DNA of 64,000 bases from Rhodoferax sp. (GTDB taxonomy: Bacteria; Pseudomonadota; Gammaproteobacteria; Burkholderiales; Burkholderiaceae_C), in assembly GCF_018780565.1 (NCBI RefSeq), contig NZ_JADMJN010000013.1:9882-73881 (forward strand), read 5' to 3'. The notes beneath the pieces are model-generated. The model ran no database searches, had not been told where the DNA came from, and saw nothing but the letters and a program-made list of their open reading frames with translations. Both the position numbers and the translations under genes were made by a program. Of this stretch, positions 9,984-20,263 are shown in pieces. The stretch's first letter is position 1; each line of letters starts with the position of its first letter.

Positions 9984-12077
9984 ATGACACATCGTATCTT
10001 TCTGTCTCGTCAACATGCTCTTGGTTTGACGGCTGTCCATGTTCTGTTGACGCTGGTGCTGGGGGTTTTTGCCTCCATCTCGATGGCGCAGACTCCTGCG
10101 GAGTCGAGAAAGCCGGGTCAGCCCGTGACCCTGAATTTCAACAACGCCGACATTGAGGCCGTGGCGCGGACCATGGCCAGCATCACTGGCTTCAATGTGG
10201 TGGTGGACCCGCGCGTGAAAGGCACGCTGACCCTGGTAACCGAGAAGCCGGTGAGCAGCCGCATGGCCATGAACCAGTTCCTGGCTGCCCTGCGACTGCA
10301 GGGCTTTACCATGGTGGAGTCTGCCGGTCTTTACAAAGTGGTGCCCGAGGCTGACGCGAAATTGCAAAGCGGTGCCGTGGCCGTGGATGATGCCGGCGCC
10401 GGCAATCAGATCTCCACCCAGATTTTCCGGCTCAACTTCGAGTCGGCCAACAACCTGGTGCCCATTCTTCGTCCGTTGATCAGCCCCAATAACACCATCA
10501 ACGCCAACCCGGCCAACAACTCGCTGGTGATCACCGACTATGGCGACAATTTGCGCCGCATCGCCCGCATCATTGCCGCCATGGATGTCTCCAATGCCAC
10601 CGATGTGGAGGTCTTGCCGCTCAAGCACGCCATTGCGTCAGATCTGGCGCCACTGGTGTTGCGTCTGATGGATTCCGCAGGCACTGGCATCGGCGCGGTG
10701 GCGGGCCAGATTGATTCGTCATTCAAGACCCTGCTGGTGGCCGAGCCCCGCAGCAACACGCTCATACTGCGTGCGGCCAACCAGGCGCGGGTGGCGTTGG
10801 TGAAGTCTCTGGTGGACAAGCTGGACCAGCCGCCAGCGCAGGGCAGCAATGGCGCGGCAGGCAACATCTATGTGGTCTACCTGAAGAATGCCGATGCCAC
10901 CAAGCTCGCTGCCACCCTGCGTGCCGCAATGGCCGGCGAGGCGCGCCCTGCAAGCGCAGCCACGGGTGCATCACCCGCCATGGCCCTGCCGGGGGCCAGC
11001 GCCACCACCGCGGGCGGACAAGTCCAGGCCGACCCCGCAACCAATGCGCTCATCATCACTGCGCCAGAACCCCAATACCGTCAGTTGCGTGCTGTCATTG
11101 ACAAGCTCGATGCGCGGCGTGCCCAGGTGTTTGTCGAGAGCTTGATTGCCGAAGTCAGCGTCGATCGGGCCGCTGAATTTGGCATCCAGTGGCAAGGTGC
11201 CCTGGGTAAAAACGGCGATGGCGTCATTGGCCTGCTGGGCACCAACTTTGGTGCTGGCGCCAAGAACATCGTGAACCTCGCCACGCAGGGTGCCACCGGC
11301 ACGGTGACGCCTGCCCGCGGACTGAACCTGGGCGCTGCCCAGCAGACCAATGGCGTTTATGTGCTCGGTTTTCTGGCGCGCTTTCTGGAGGAAAGTGGCA
11401 GCGGCAATGTCCTGTCCACACCCAACCTGCTCACGCTGGACAACGAGGAGGCCAAAATCGTTATTGGCCAGAACGTGCCCTTTGTCACCGGACAGTTCAC
11501 CAACACGGGGAGCGGTGCCAACAACGGCACGGTCAACCCGTTCCAGACCATTGAACGCAAGGACGTTGGCCTGACCCTCAAGGTCAAACCGCAGATCAGC
11601 GAGAACGGCACCGTCAAGCTGGCCATTTACCAGGAGGTGTCCAGCGTGCTGGCCGCCACCGCCAATGCGGCCAATGGCCCCACCACCAACAAACGCACCA
11701 TCGAATCCAATGTGCTGGTGGAAGATGGTGCCGTGGTGGTGCTGGGGGGCTTGCTGCAGGACGAGTATTCCGGCAACCAGGAGAAGGTGCCGGGCTTGGG
11801 CGACATCCCGTTTTTTGGCAACCTCTTTAAGAGCGAGGCGCGTGCCCGCAAGAAGACCAACCTGATGGTGTTCTTGCGCCCGGTGGTGGTGCGTGATGCC
11901 CAGTCCACCGAGCGGCTGTCCGTGGACCGCTATGACCTCATGCGCTCCGGACTCAAGGATGCGCAGCCCGTGCCGAGCACGATGGTGCCGATCAACGAGG
12001 CGCCGCAGTTGCCCGCTTTGCCTGTGGCCCGGCCGGCCTCGGCACCGGTTGCACCGGCTGCGAAACCCCAGCCTTGA
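9984..12077 (+). CDS. gspD: type II secretion secretin GspD
   Basis: 697 aa. N0/N1 repeats (VTLNFNNADIEAVARTMASITGFNVVVDP) and a secretin core (VLSTPNLLTLDNEEAKIVIGQNVPF...VPGLGDIPFFGNLFK). Confidence 0.95.
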   Translation: MTHRIFLSRQHALGLTAVHVLLTLVLGVFASISMAQTPAESRKPGQPVTLNFNNADIEAVARTMASITGFNVVVDPRVKGTLTLVTEKPVSSRMAMNQFLAALRLQGFTMVESAGLYKVVPEADAKLQSGAVAVDDAGAGNQISTQIFRLNFESANNLVPILRPLISPNNTINANPANNSLVITDYGDNLRRIARIIAAMDVSNATDVEVLPLKHAIASDLAPLVLRLMDSAGTGIGAVAGQIDSSFKTLLVAEPRSNTLILRAANQARVALVKSLVDKLDQPPAQGSNGAAGNIYVVYLKNADATKLAATLRAAMAGEARPASAATGASPAMALPGASATTAGGQVQADPATNALIITAPEPQYRQLRAVIDKLDARRAQVFVESLIAEVSVDRAAEFGIQWQGALGKNGDGVIGLLGTNFGAGAKNIVNLATQGATGTVTPARGLNLGAAQQTNGVYVLGFLARFLEESGSGNVLSTPNLLTLDNEEAKIVIGQNVPFVTGQFTNTGSGANNGTVNPFQTIERKDVGLTLKVKPQISENGTVKLAIYQEVSSVLAATANAANGPTTNKRTIESNVLVEDGAVVVLGGLLQDEYSGNQEKVPGLGDIPFFGNLFKSEARARKKTNLMVFLRPVVVRDAQSTERLSVDRYDLMRSGLKDAQPVPSTMVPINEAPQLPALPVARPASAPVAPAAKPQP

Positions 12078-12094
12078 GTCGGGGACAAGCCGCC

Positions 12095-13483
12095 ATGCGT
12101 TACCCGCTACCTTACGCATTCGCCCGAACCAACCAGTTGCTGCTGGAGGACGAGTCGGGTGAGCTCACCCTGTGTGTGCATCCCGAATCGCTTGCCAGCG
12201 CGGTGAGCGAGGTCTTGCGCAAATACCCGGTTCAGGGGCTGCAGGTGCAGACGCCTGAACTGCTGATCCAACGCATCAGCACGGCCTATGCACAGGGCGA
12301 ATCCAGTGCCGCTGCCGTGGTGAGCGAGGTGGAGAGCGATGTTGATTTGTCGCGCATGATGCAGGAACTGCCCGCCATCGAAGACCTGCTGGAAACCTCG
12401 GACGACGCGCCCATCATCCGCATGCTCAATGCGCTGCTTACGCAAGCCGCGCGAGATGGTGCCAGCGACATTCACATCGAGCCCTATGAACGCCACTCCA
12501 GCGTGCGGTTCCGGGTCGATGGCAACCTGCGCGAAGTGGTCCGGCCCAACCGGGCCTTGCATGCCGCGTTGATTTCTCGCCTCAAGATCATGGCCGAGCT
12601 TGACATTGCCGAACGACGTCTGCCGCAAGACGGGCGCATCTCACTGCGCATCGGCACGCGGGCCGTGGACGTGCGCGTCAGTACCCTGCCCAGCGCCCAC
12701 GGCGAGCGCGCGGTGCTGCGTCTGCTCGACAAGAGCGAGAGCAAGCTGAGCCTGGAGTCGGTCGGCATGCAGGGCGCCGTGCTCAAGCGGTTCGAGCACC
12801 TGATTGCGCAACCGCACGGCATCATCCTCGTCACCGGGCCCACGGGCTCGGGCAAGACCACCACGCTGTACGCGGCCTTGCAACGGCTTGATGCCCGCGC
12901 CAGCAACATCATGACGGTGGAAGACCCCATCGAGTACGAACTGGCGGGTATCGGGCAGACCCAGGTGAACGCCAAGATTGATCTGACCTTTGCCAAAGCC
13001 TTGCGCGCCATTTTGCGGCAGGACCCGGACGTGATCATGATCGGTGAGATACGCGATTTCGAGACCGCCCAGATCGCCATACAAGCCTCGCTCACCGGCC
13101 ATCTGGTGCTGGCCACGCTGCACACCAACGATGCGTCGAGTGCTGTGACGCGTCTGACCGACATGGGTGTCGAGCCGTTCTTGCTCAGCTCCTCGTTGCT
13201 GGGGGTCTTGGCGCAGCGCCTGGTGCGCAAACTGTGTACCCAGTGCCACGGGCCGGGTTGCGAACACTGCGGCCACACCGGGTACGCAGGGCGTACCGGC
13301 GTGTTTGAGCTGTTGGTTGCAGACGACGCCATCCGCGCGCAAATTCACAACCGCGCCTCCGAGGCCGACATCCGTGCCGCAGCCCTGGCCGGTGGCATGA
13401 CCTTGATGCGCGACGATGGCACGCGGCTGGTACACAGTGGTGTGACCTCGCGCGAAGAGCTGGTGCGCGTGACGCGCGACTAG
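12095..13483 (+). CDS. gspE: type II secretion ATPase GspE
   Basis: Walker A VTGPTGSGKTTT, Walker B/Asp box ILRQDPDVIMIGEIRD, His box LTGHLVLATLHTND, and tetracysteine CTQCHGPGCEHC. Confidence 0.95.
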   Translation: MRYPLPYAFARTNQLLLEDESGELTLCVHPESLASAVSEVLRKYPVQGLQVQTPELLIQRISTAYAQGESSAAAVVSEVESDVDLSRMMQELPAIEDLLETSDDAPIIRMLNALLTQAARDGASDIHIEPYERHSSVRFRVDGNLREVVRPNRALHAALISRLKIMAELDIAERRLPQDGRISLRIGTRAVDVRVSTLPSAHGERAVLRLLDKSESKLSLESVGMQGAVLKRFEHLIAQPHGIILVTGPTGSGKTTTLYAALQRLDARASNIMTVEDPIEYELAGIGQTQVNAKIDLTFAKALRAILRQDPDVIMIGEIRDFETAQIAIQASLTGHLVLATLHTNDASSAVTRLTDMGVEPFLLSSSLLGVLAQRLVRKLCTQCHGPGCEHCGHTGYAGRTGVFELLVADDAIRAQIHNRASEADIRAAALAGGMTLMRDDGTRLVHSGVTSREELVRVTRD

Positions 13484-13505
13484 CCGCTACCACTGGAGCA
13501 GCGCC

Positions 13506-14744
13506 ATGCCCGTTTATTCGTTTGAAGCCTTGACCGCGCTGGGGGAAACCCGCAAAGGCGTGATGGAGGCTGACTCCGCCAAGGCGGCCCGCAGCCTGCT
13601 GCGCGGCCAGGCGCTGGTGCCCATGAAGGTGGAAGCCGTTGGGGCCGGCACCGATCCGGCTTCAAACCAGGGCGCTGCAGCGCAGGGTTCACGCATCATG
13701 CGCCGCCGTGTCTTCAGCCCCACAGGGCTCGGTGTCTGGACGCGGCAATTGGCTGGACTGGTGTCCTCGGGGCTGCCCCTGGAGCGCGCGTTGACCTCGC
13801 TGGCCGATGAGTCCGAGGGGGAGGCCGAACATCATCTGGTGGCCACGCTGCGAGCCGAGGTGAACGGTGGCTCGACCTTTGCCAAGGCGCTGGCACAACA
13901 TCCGCGCGAGTTCTCGCCGATCTTCATTGCGGTGATTGGCGCGGGCGAGCAAAGCGGCAACCTGGGGCTGGTGCTTGAACGCCTGGCGGACGACCTGGAG
14001 GAGCAGCAGGCGCTCAAAGCCAAACTCATTGGCGCAGCGCTTTATCCGGCCATCGTGACGGTGGTGGCCATCCTGATCGTGCTGTTTCTGGTCACTTATG
14101 TCGTACCGCAGGTAGCCCATGTGTTTGCCGGCAGCAAGCGCGCCTTGCCGCTGTTGACCGTGCTCATGATCGCCACCAGCGACTTCTTGCGGAGTTACGC
14201 CTGGGTCTTGCTGGGTGCTATTGCTTGCATCGCTGTCGGGGCAAGAATAGCGTGGTCTAGCGCCCTGTTTCGTGAAAAATTTGACGCAACCTGGTTGCGC
14301 CTGCCGATTCTGGGCAAGTTGTCACGCAGCTACAACACCGCGCGTTTTGCCAGCACCCTTGCCATGCTGTCGGCGGCGGGTGTCCCGATTCTTAAAGCGC
14401 TTCAATCGGCTGCCGAAACATTGTCCAACCGCGCCATGCGCACCGATGCGCTGGACGCGCTGGTGTTGGTGCGTGAGGGGGCTCCCCTGGCCTCTGCACT
14501 GGCGCAGAAGAAGCGCTTTCCCGGCCTGCTGGCCATGTTCGCCCGCCTGGGTGAGCAGACCGGTCAGCTGCCGGTGATGCTGGCACGTGCCGCCCGGCAA
14601 CTCAGCACCGAAGTGGCCCGCCGCGCCATGCAGTTGGCCACCGTGCTGGAGCCGCTGCTGATTGTGGCTATGGGCGTGGTGGTGATGCTGATCGTGCTGG
14701 CCGTTCTGTTGCCCATTATTCAACTCAACCAGCTTGTGAAGTAG
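13506..14744 (+). CDS. gspF: type II secretion inner-membrane platform protein GspF
   Basis: 412 aa with the duplicated GspF domain and three TM segments. Follows gspE. Confidence 0.9.
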   Translation: MPVYSFEALTALGETRKGVMEADSAKAARSLLRGQALVPMKVEAVGAGTDPASNQGAAAQGSRIMRRRVFSPTGLGVWTRQLAGLVSSGLPLERALTSLADESEGEAEHHLVATLRAEVNGGSTFAKALAQHPREFSPIFIAVIGAGEQSGNLGLVLERLADDLEEQQALKAKLIGAALYPAIVTVVAILIVLFLVTYVVPQVAHVFAGSKRALPLLTVLMIATSDFLRSYAWVLLGAIACIAVGARIAWSSALFREKFDATWLRLPILGKLSRSYNTARFASTLAMLSAAGVPILKALQSAAETLSNRAMRTDALDALVLVREGAPLASALAQKKRFPGLLAMFARLGEQTGQLPVMLARAARQLSTEVARRAMQLATVLEPLLIVAMGVVVMLIVLAVLLPIIQLNQLVK

Positions 14745-14889
14745 GGCCGGGCGCTTGATGTGCCGGTTGGTTCGATAGGCAGTTGATTTGCATGCGGGAG
14801 AGGAAATCGAGAGTTCGGTTCAGGCGTCTCTTTTAGGCCCAGAGCTGTCTTTGATCCATAACCCCATCGGACGCCTCGGCCTCTCGCTA

Positions 14890-15399
14890 TCAATAAGCGC
14901 CCATGTAATCACGCTTGCCGATTTCCAGACCGTTATGTCGCAGGATGGCGTAAGCGGTGGTGATATGGAAGAAAAATTGTGGCAAACCGTAGTTCGATAG
15001 ATAGACCTGACCACTGAGTTTTTTCTCTTTCGGCGTACCAGGTCGCAGCACAATCTCTTTGGACTCGCTGCCGTCGAAGGACGCGCTGTCCAAGCCATCC
15101 AGAAATGCCAAGGTCTTTGCCAGTAGCACGTCCAGATCGGCAAAGCTCTGCTCCTTGCCCTCAAAGGCAGGAACATCGGCACCGGACAGTCGAGCCGATA
15201 TGCCACGCGCGAAGTCGGCCGCGATCTGCACTTGCTTGACCAGCGGGAACATATCCAGATACAGGCGTGCTTGCAACAACGCGTCCGGATCAATGGCCTT
15301 CCCGCCAAGGTGTGCATCGGCCTGGCCAAGAATGGTCTTGAGAGCTGTCAGCATTTGCTTGAAGACAGGAACGGAATTCGTATACATCGGGCTGGTCAT
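14890..15399 (-). CDS. DUF1993 family protein
   Basis: The internal start gives MTSPMYTNSVPVFKQMLTALKTILGQA... and the protein ends in YAILRHNGLEIGKRDYMG. This resembles the DUF1993 four-helix family. Confidence 0.6.
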   Translation of the reverse strand: MTSPMYTNSVPVFKQMLTALKTILGQADAHLGGKAIDPDALLQARLYLDMFPLVKQVQIAADFARGISARLSGADVPAFEGKEQSFADLDVLLAKTLAFLDGLDSASFDGSESKEIVLRPGTPKEKKLSGQVYLSNYGLPQFFFHITTAYAILRHNGLEIGKRDYMGAY

Positions 15400-15507
15400 G
15401 AGTACTTCTCTATTTGGTGAAATGGCGAGGATAAGTTGAAAGCGCTGCCACTGCACATGCCAGGGTCAATTCGGACCACAGATTCCGTAGTTGAATCACT
15501 GTCCAGG

Positions 15508-15915
15508 CTAGGTCAAAAGAAGGCGAATAGACCAGTACACGCCAATGCTCAGTTGCACGGCAAATGCCGAAAACCGAAGACTAACGGCGAAAGCCGACAG
15601 AGAACTGAGATGAATGATGGACTGAGCCATGCGCGCAGAGAGCAAGACGTAGGCTAAAGGGTCGGTGATGGAGGTTTTTCCTGCTACCACGGCAATGAGC
15701 ATGAGACCTCCGAAGATGGGTAAGCCTTCGATGCAGTTGGCATGTGCCCGCGCCAGGCGCTGCATGAAAGGTGACAGGTTGGAGTTGTCCGGGTTGAACC
15801 CGTTTGCCGGCACGATTTTGGTGACGACCAGCTTGGAGCGAATGACTTCCATGAGCACCAAGAGGAAGAGGGACCAGGCAATGAAGCCCGTCAGGGCGGT
15901 GATGGTTGAGTTCAT
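15508..15915 (-). CDS. MAPEG family membrane protein
   Basis: 135 aa with four hydrophobic segments. The RLARAHANCIEGLPIFGGLMLIA motif is typical of MAPEG proteins. Confidence 0.6.
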   Translation of the reverse strand: MNSTITALTGFIAWSLFLLVLMEVIRSKLVVTKIVPANGFNPDNSNLSPFMQRLARAHANCIEGLPIFGGLMLIAVVAGKTSITDPLAYVLLSARMAQSIIHLSSLSAFAVSLRFSAFAVQLSIGVYWSIRLLLT

Positions 15916-16049
15916 GTTTAATCCTGACGACTCATGAATGGATGGCGGTGGAACACTATAGCCCCGAAGTCAGACACATGACTGTTTGTTGGAGCTTGGG
16001 GCACTCTTGACCCAGCCTTGGTTGTAGACTGCAAATTTCCCGGAAATCT

Positions 16050-16730
16050 ATGAAGTTGAACCAGTTTGATATTGACGCTGTGATGGTGGATTTGGACGGC
16101 ACCATGGTTGACACACTCGGTGATTTTGTGGTGGCGCTCAACCTCATGCTGGGTGATTTGCCACCGCCGTACCGCCATGCCCGCATGGAGCGCGCCACAG
16201 TCGCCCGGCTGGTGGGCAAAGGGTCTGAGCACCTGATCAAGAGCGTGTTGTCGGCAGTCGATGCCGATGATCAGGAGCCCTTGTTTCAGCTCGCATGGAC
16301 GAGCTACCAGCGCCATTACCTGGCGATCAATGGTCAGCATGCCTTGGTTTACCCCGGTGTCAACGCTGGCTTGGAGCAGCTCAAGGCGCGTGGCCTGAAG
16401 CTGGCCTGCCTGACCAACAAGCCCACTGCGTTTGCACGGGCTTTGCTGGAACTGAAAGGTCTGGACAAATTCTTTGCTGTGACCTATGGCGGTGACGCTT
16501 TTGAGCGAAAAAAGCCTGACCCTTTGCCTCTGCTGAAAGCGTGCGAGGCCTTGGGCAGCTTGCCGCACAGAACCCTGATGATTGGCGACTCCAGCAACGA
16601 CGCCTCTGCTGCGCGCGCGGCAGGCTGCCCCGTGCTGCTGGTGACCTATGGCTACAACCATGGTCAGCCCATTCATGCTGTGGATGCGGATGGCTACGCC
16701 GACTCGCTGGAAGACTTGATCGCGCTCTAG
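16050..16730 (+). CDS. gph: phosphoglycolate phosphatase (HAD superfamily)
   Basis: HAD motif I VMVDLDGTMVDT, motif II LTNKP, motif IV MIGDSSNDASAARAAG. Its position near rpe and trpE also supports the call. Confidence 0.85.
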   Translation: MKLNQFDIDAVMVDLDGTMVDTLGDFVVALNLMLGDLPPPYRHARMERATVARLVGKGSEHLIKSVLSAVDADDQEPLFQLAWTSYQRHYLAINGQHALVYPGVNAGLEQLKARGLKLACLTNKPTAFARALLELKGLDKFFAVTYGGDAFERKKPDPLPLLKACEALGSLPHRTLMIGDSSNDASAARAAGCPVLLVTYGYNHGQPIHAVDADGYADSLEDLIAL

Positions 16731-16770
16731 CTCGCGCCGTTCCGCTGCGTGGCTTTAACCTTGCCCGGCG

Positions 16771-17424
16771 TCAGAACAGAAATTTCAGGCCAAGGCTGAA
16801 AAGCGTGTCAGTGCCGACGCGGCCCACCGTGCCATCTAGCTGCAGGTTCTTGTTCAACTGGGTGCGCAGCCCGATTTGAAACGTAGGGATGGACTGCTCC
16901 TGTCCGAAATATTCCAGGTGGGGCGTCAGAGCGCCGAATTCCCGCTCGATCGCCAGACCCCAGGTCAACAGCGTGGGACTGTCGGGCGGACGGTTGGCCC
17001 CCAAGTTGATGTGCAGCGAGCCTGCTTCGCCATTGCAACTGAGCAAACCATTGAGGTAGGTGGTGTTGGTTGTGTCGTTGTTGGGCTGCGATGCGCCGAT
17101 CACGGCACCAACATTGCAGCCATCCTTACGCGAGGGTGTGAGGCGGAACTTGGCCTGCAGTGCGCTGGTGTTGACCTTGTTGGTGGCGTCGCGTGCGAGT
17201 GAGCCACCAATTTCCACACCTTCAATCAATCCGTAGGCTGGCGCCACCGTCCACACATTCACGCCGCCGGCAGTGCGCGCGTACCAGGCCTCCACATGAC
17301 CCGCACCGACGTCGTTGACATTGGCATCGTCCACTGCCAGGGGCCGACCCGCCAGGCAGGCGCCGCCGGCAAGGGCTCCTGTGATAAGGACCAGGGGTGC
17401 GGTAAGCCGCTGTATGAAATTCAA
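16771..17424 (-). CDS. putative outer-membrane beta-barrel protein
   Basis: Signal peptide [25 protein letters not shown], alternating beta-strand pattern, and a C-terminal LGLKFLF. Confidence 0.5.
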   Translation of the reverse strand: MNFIQRLTAPLVLITGALAGGACLAGRPLAVDDANVNDVGAGHVEAWYARTAGGVNVWTVAPAYGLIEGVEIGGSLARDATNKVNTSALQAKFRLTPSRKDGCNVGAVIGASQPNNDTTNTTYLNGLLSCNGEAGSLHINLGANRPPDSPTLLTWGLAIEREFGALTPHLEYFGQEQSIPTFQIGLRTQLNKNLQLDGTVGRVGTDTLFSLGLKFLF

Positions 17425-19220
17425 AAGGTTTCCCAGTCGTCATCGCCACCTTTGGGTGTGACGGCCTTGGTCGTTGCGGTGGCCACGGTGGATTCCGCGG
17501 CCGTGGCGGGCTTTGGAGGTGCTGCCGCCGGCTTGGGTGGTGCACCTGCAGGGGAGCGGGCTGCCGCTCCCTGTGGTATGCCGCCGCCGCGTCGTTCAAT
17601 TCCCTTGAACGGCGCAGCGCCTGGTTTATGGGACCGCACTGCGGCGGGCGATGCCGTGCCATGCAGGGCATCATTGGCGCTCAGCTTAAAGGCCACTACC
17701 ACCTGCACCAGTTCCTGGGCCTGTGACTTCAGGCTGCTCGCTGCGGCAGCCATCTCTTCCACCAAGGCTGCATTTTGTTGCGTGGCCTGGTCCATCTGCG
17801 ACACGGCCTCACCCACCTGGGCCACGCCGGAGGCCTGCTCGTTGCTGGCCGCGCTGATTTCACCCATGATGTCGGTCACGCGGCGGATGCTGCTCACCAC
17901 TTCAGTCATGGTGGCACCAGCTTCATCCACCAGCGTGGTGCCCTGTTCCACCCGCTCCACACTGGCATTGATCAATGTTTTGATTTCCCTGGCAGCTTCA
18001 GCCGAGCGACCGGCCAGCGAGCGTACTTCACTGGCCACCACGGCAAATCCTCGGCCCTGCTCGCCGGCGCGGGCTGCTTCGACGGCAGCATTGAGTGCCA
18101 GAATATTGGTTTGAAAGGCAATCCCGTCAATCACGCTGATGATGTCGGATATCTTGCGCGAGGCGTCGTTGATGCCCCGCATGGTGTCGACCACCTGGCT
18201 GACCACTTCGCCGCCCTTGATGGCCACCGTCGAAGCACTCATGGCGAGCTGGTTGGCCTGGCGGGCACTGTCGGCGTTTTGCTTGACGGTAGAACTGAGC
18301 TGCTCCATTGATGCAGCGGTTTGCTCCAGAGCGCTGGCTTGGCTCTCGGTTCGTGCAGACAGGTCGTGGTTGCCAGAGGCGATCTCGGCACTGGCAGTGG
18401 CCACGCTTTCAGACCCCTGCCGTACGTTGGCGACCAGCCTGATCAGGCTGGCCTGCATATCCTTGAGCGCCATCAGTAACTGCGCGGTTTCATTTTTACC
18501 TTCGGCATTGATCTGCACACTCAGGTCACCCGCCGCCACAGAACGCGTGATGGCCACTGCCTGGTTGATGGGGCCTGTGATGGCGCGAATGATCCACAGG
18601 GCCGTCAGCACCGCTACCGCCAGGGCAATCAGAACGGCTGTGACCATAATCAGCTTCATGCCGTTGACCTCGCCGGTGGCCTCGTCCGCAGCGCTGCCCA
18701 TCAGCTTCTCCTGGTACTTGATCATCGCGTCGATGGCGTCGAAGTAGGCCAGTTGTACGCCCAGCACCTCGCTCATCAGCACGGTTTTGGCTTCGTCAAC
18801 CCTGGAGCCATCCACGAGTTCCATGAATTTATTTTGCTGCGCCACGTATTTGGTCCGCACGTCGAGAACCTTGGCCAGGCCGGCCTTGCCTTCGGTTGAT
18901 TTGATTTGCTGGCCGAGTTTTTCCAGACGTTCAAGAATTCGCTTGCGCGTTGCCTCGATACGGGCAGCCTCCTTTTTGATGTCCGCCGGATCAGTCAGGA
19001 TGACCATGTTGCCCAGCGATCGGGCGATCAGGTTGATGTCGCCTTTGACCTCAAAAAGGCTCACCACAATCGGGACGTTGCCATGAACCACCTTGTCGAC
19101 ACCATCGCTGACGGTATCGGTTTTGACGGCCGCGATGCCGCCCATGAGCATGATCAAAAAAGCCAGAACGCCGAAACCGAGCATGAGTCGGAGGGAAATT
19201 TTCATATCGCGGAGGTTCAT
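17421..19220 (-). CDS. methyl-accepting chemotaxis protein
   Basis: An N-terminal TM helix, ligand-binding region and HAMP domain are followed by the highly conserved signalling hairpin [41 protein letters not shown]. Confidence 0.95.
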   Translation of the reverse strand: MNLRDMKISLRLMLGFGVLAFLIMLMGGIAAVKTDTVSDGVDKVVHGNVPIVVSLFEVKGDINLIARSLGNMVILTDPADIKKEAARIEATRKRILERLEKLGQQIKSTEGKAGLAKVLDVRTKYVAQQNKFMELVDGSRVDEAKTVLMSEVLGVQLAYFDAIDAMIKYQEKLMGSAADEATGEVNGMKLIMVTAVLIALAVAVLTALWIIRAITGPINQAVAITRSVAAGDLSVQINAEGKNETAQLLMALKDMQASLIRLVANVRQGSESVATASAEIASGNHDLSARTESQASALEQTAASMEQLSSTVKQNADSARQANQLAMSASTVAIKGGEVVSQVVDTMRGINDASRKISDIISVIDGIAFQTNILALNAAVEAARAGEQGRGFAVVASEVRSLAGRSAEAAREIKTLINASVERVEQGTTLVDEAGATMTEVVSSIRRVTDIMGEISAASNEQASGVAQVGEAVSQMDQATQQNAALVEEMAAAASSLKSQAQELVQVVVAFKLSANDALHGTASPAAVRSHKPGAAPFKGIERRGGGIPQGAAARSPAGAPPKPAAAPPKPATAAESTVATATTKAVTPKGGDDDWETF

Positions 19221-19356
19221 GATGAACGCCTTTTCCAAATTGAATCTGGGCAGCAGTCTATCCTAGACTTTGTGCATCACCAGCTCCCTCAAATTCCCCG
19301 ATGCAGGCGGTTTTTCCCTGTCATTGATGGCATCACGCTGACCGCGCATCCCGAAC

Positions 19357-19941
19357 CTATTTGATATTCAGCAACGCGTCCTTGAGTTTCCAGTCTGCGG
19401 GTGACGGACCGAGCCAGATCGACATCAAGGCCATAAAGAATTCAGGTTCCTTGAAGGGCTCACCCTGGGCTTTGCCCTTGACGGTGATCACGCTGCCAGC
19501 CCCCGGAATCCACTCGATCATGAAGTTGTCCCCCGCCGCCAGCTTCTTTTGGTCCGAGAAGATCTGGCTCATGCGCATCAGACCCGGAATCAGTTTGGAC
19601 ATGGCCGCCTTGCCCATGTTGTCTTCCATGCCCCGGGTGAGCAGCTTGCCCAGCTCATTGGCGTCAAATTCCCGCAGCAGGGTGATGGTCATGCGTTTGG
19701 GGCCGGGTTGGTTGACAACTTCCTCCAAGCTACTGGCTTTCTTGCTCGAATACAGTCCAGCGACGTAGCCTTTGAAGGGCCCTTTGTAGCGTGTCCCTGC
19801 GCCGTTGAGTCCCAGTTTGACCCCGTTAACCGTTGCCGTATCTTCCACCTTGACGCCATTGATTTCCAGGGTGGCTGCCAGTGTGTTGAAGGCGAGCAGG
19901 CCGGTAATCACCGCAAAGGCCAGGCGTTTGATGTATTTCAT
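19357..19941 (-). CDS. chalcone isomerase-like family protein (secreted)
   Basis: The ATG at 19941 is preceded by GGAGACAGC. Signal peptide is MKYIKRLAFAVITGLLAFNTLAA. LNGAGTRYKGPFKGYVAGLY resembles the chalcone-isomerase-like family motif. Confidence 0.6.
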   Translation of the reverse strand: MKYIKRLAFAVITGLLAFNTLAATLEINGVKVEDTATVNGVKLGLNGAGTRYKGPFKGYVAGLYSSKKASSLEEVVNQPGPKRMTITLLREFDANELGKLLTRGMEDNMGKAAMSKLIPGLMRMSQIFSDQKKLAAGDNFMIEWIPGAGSVITVKGKAQGEPFKEPEFFMALMSIWLGPSPADWKLKDALLNIK

Positions 19942-20263
19942 GCTGTCTCCTGTTAATGGAACGATCGTGCTATTTAAACGAGGTGCCCATTTTGGGGTGG
20001 TTTCCACTTGCCCGCAAGAGGGTTTCCGATCAGCAGTTTGCTACACTGGCGCCATGTTCATTCACCGTATCAGCATCACAGGTTGTAGCGACCGGGGAGC
20101 CTGGCCCTGGCGTACGCTGCAAGAATCGATGGCTCGCGCCTGATTTCTCTCTCGTCTGAATGACCCGCAGCCCCGTGGGCTGCCCGCCAAACCTGCTGCA
20201 TGCCTGGGGTGATAGCCCTGGCCACATGCCCAGGGTATGGCACTGAACTGAAAGAACATCCCT

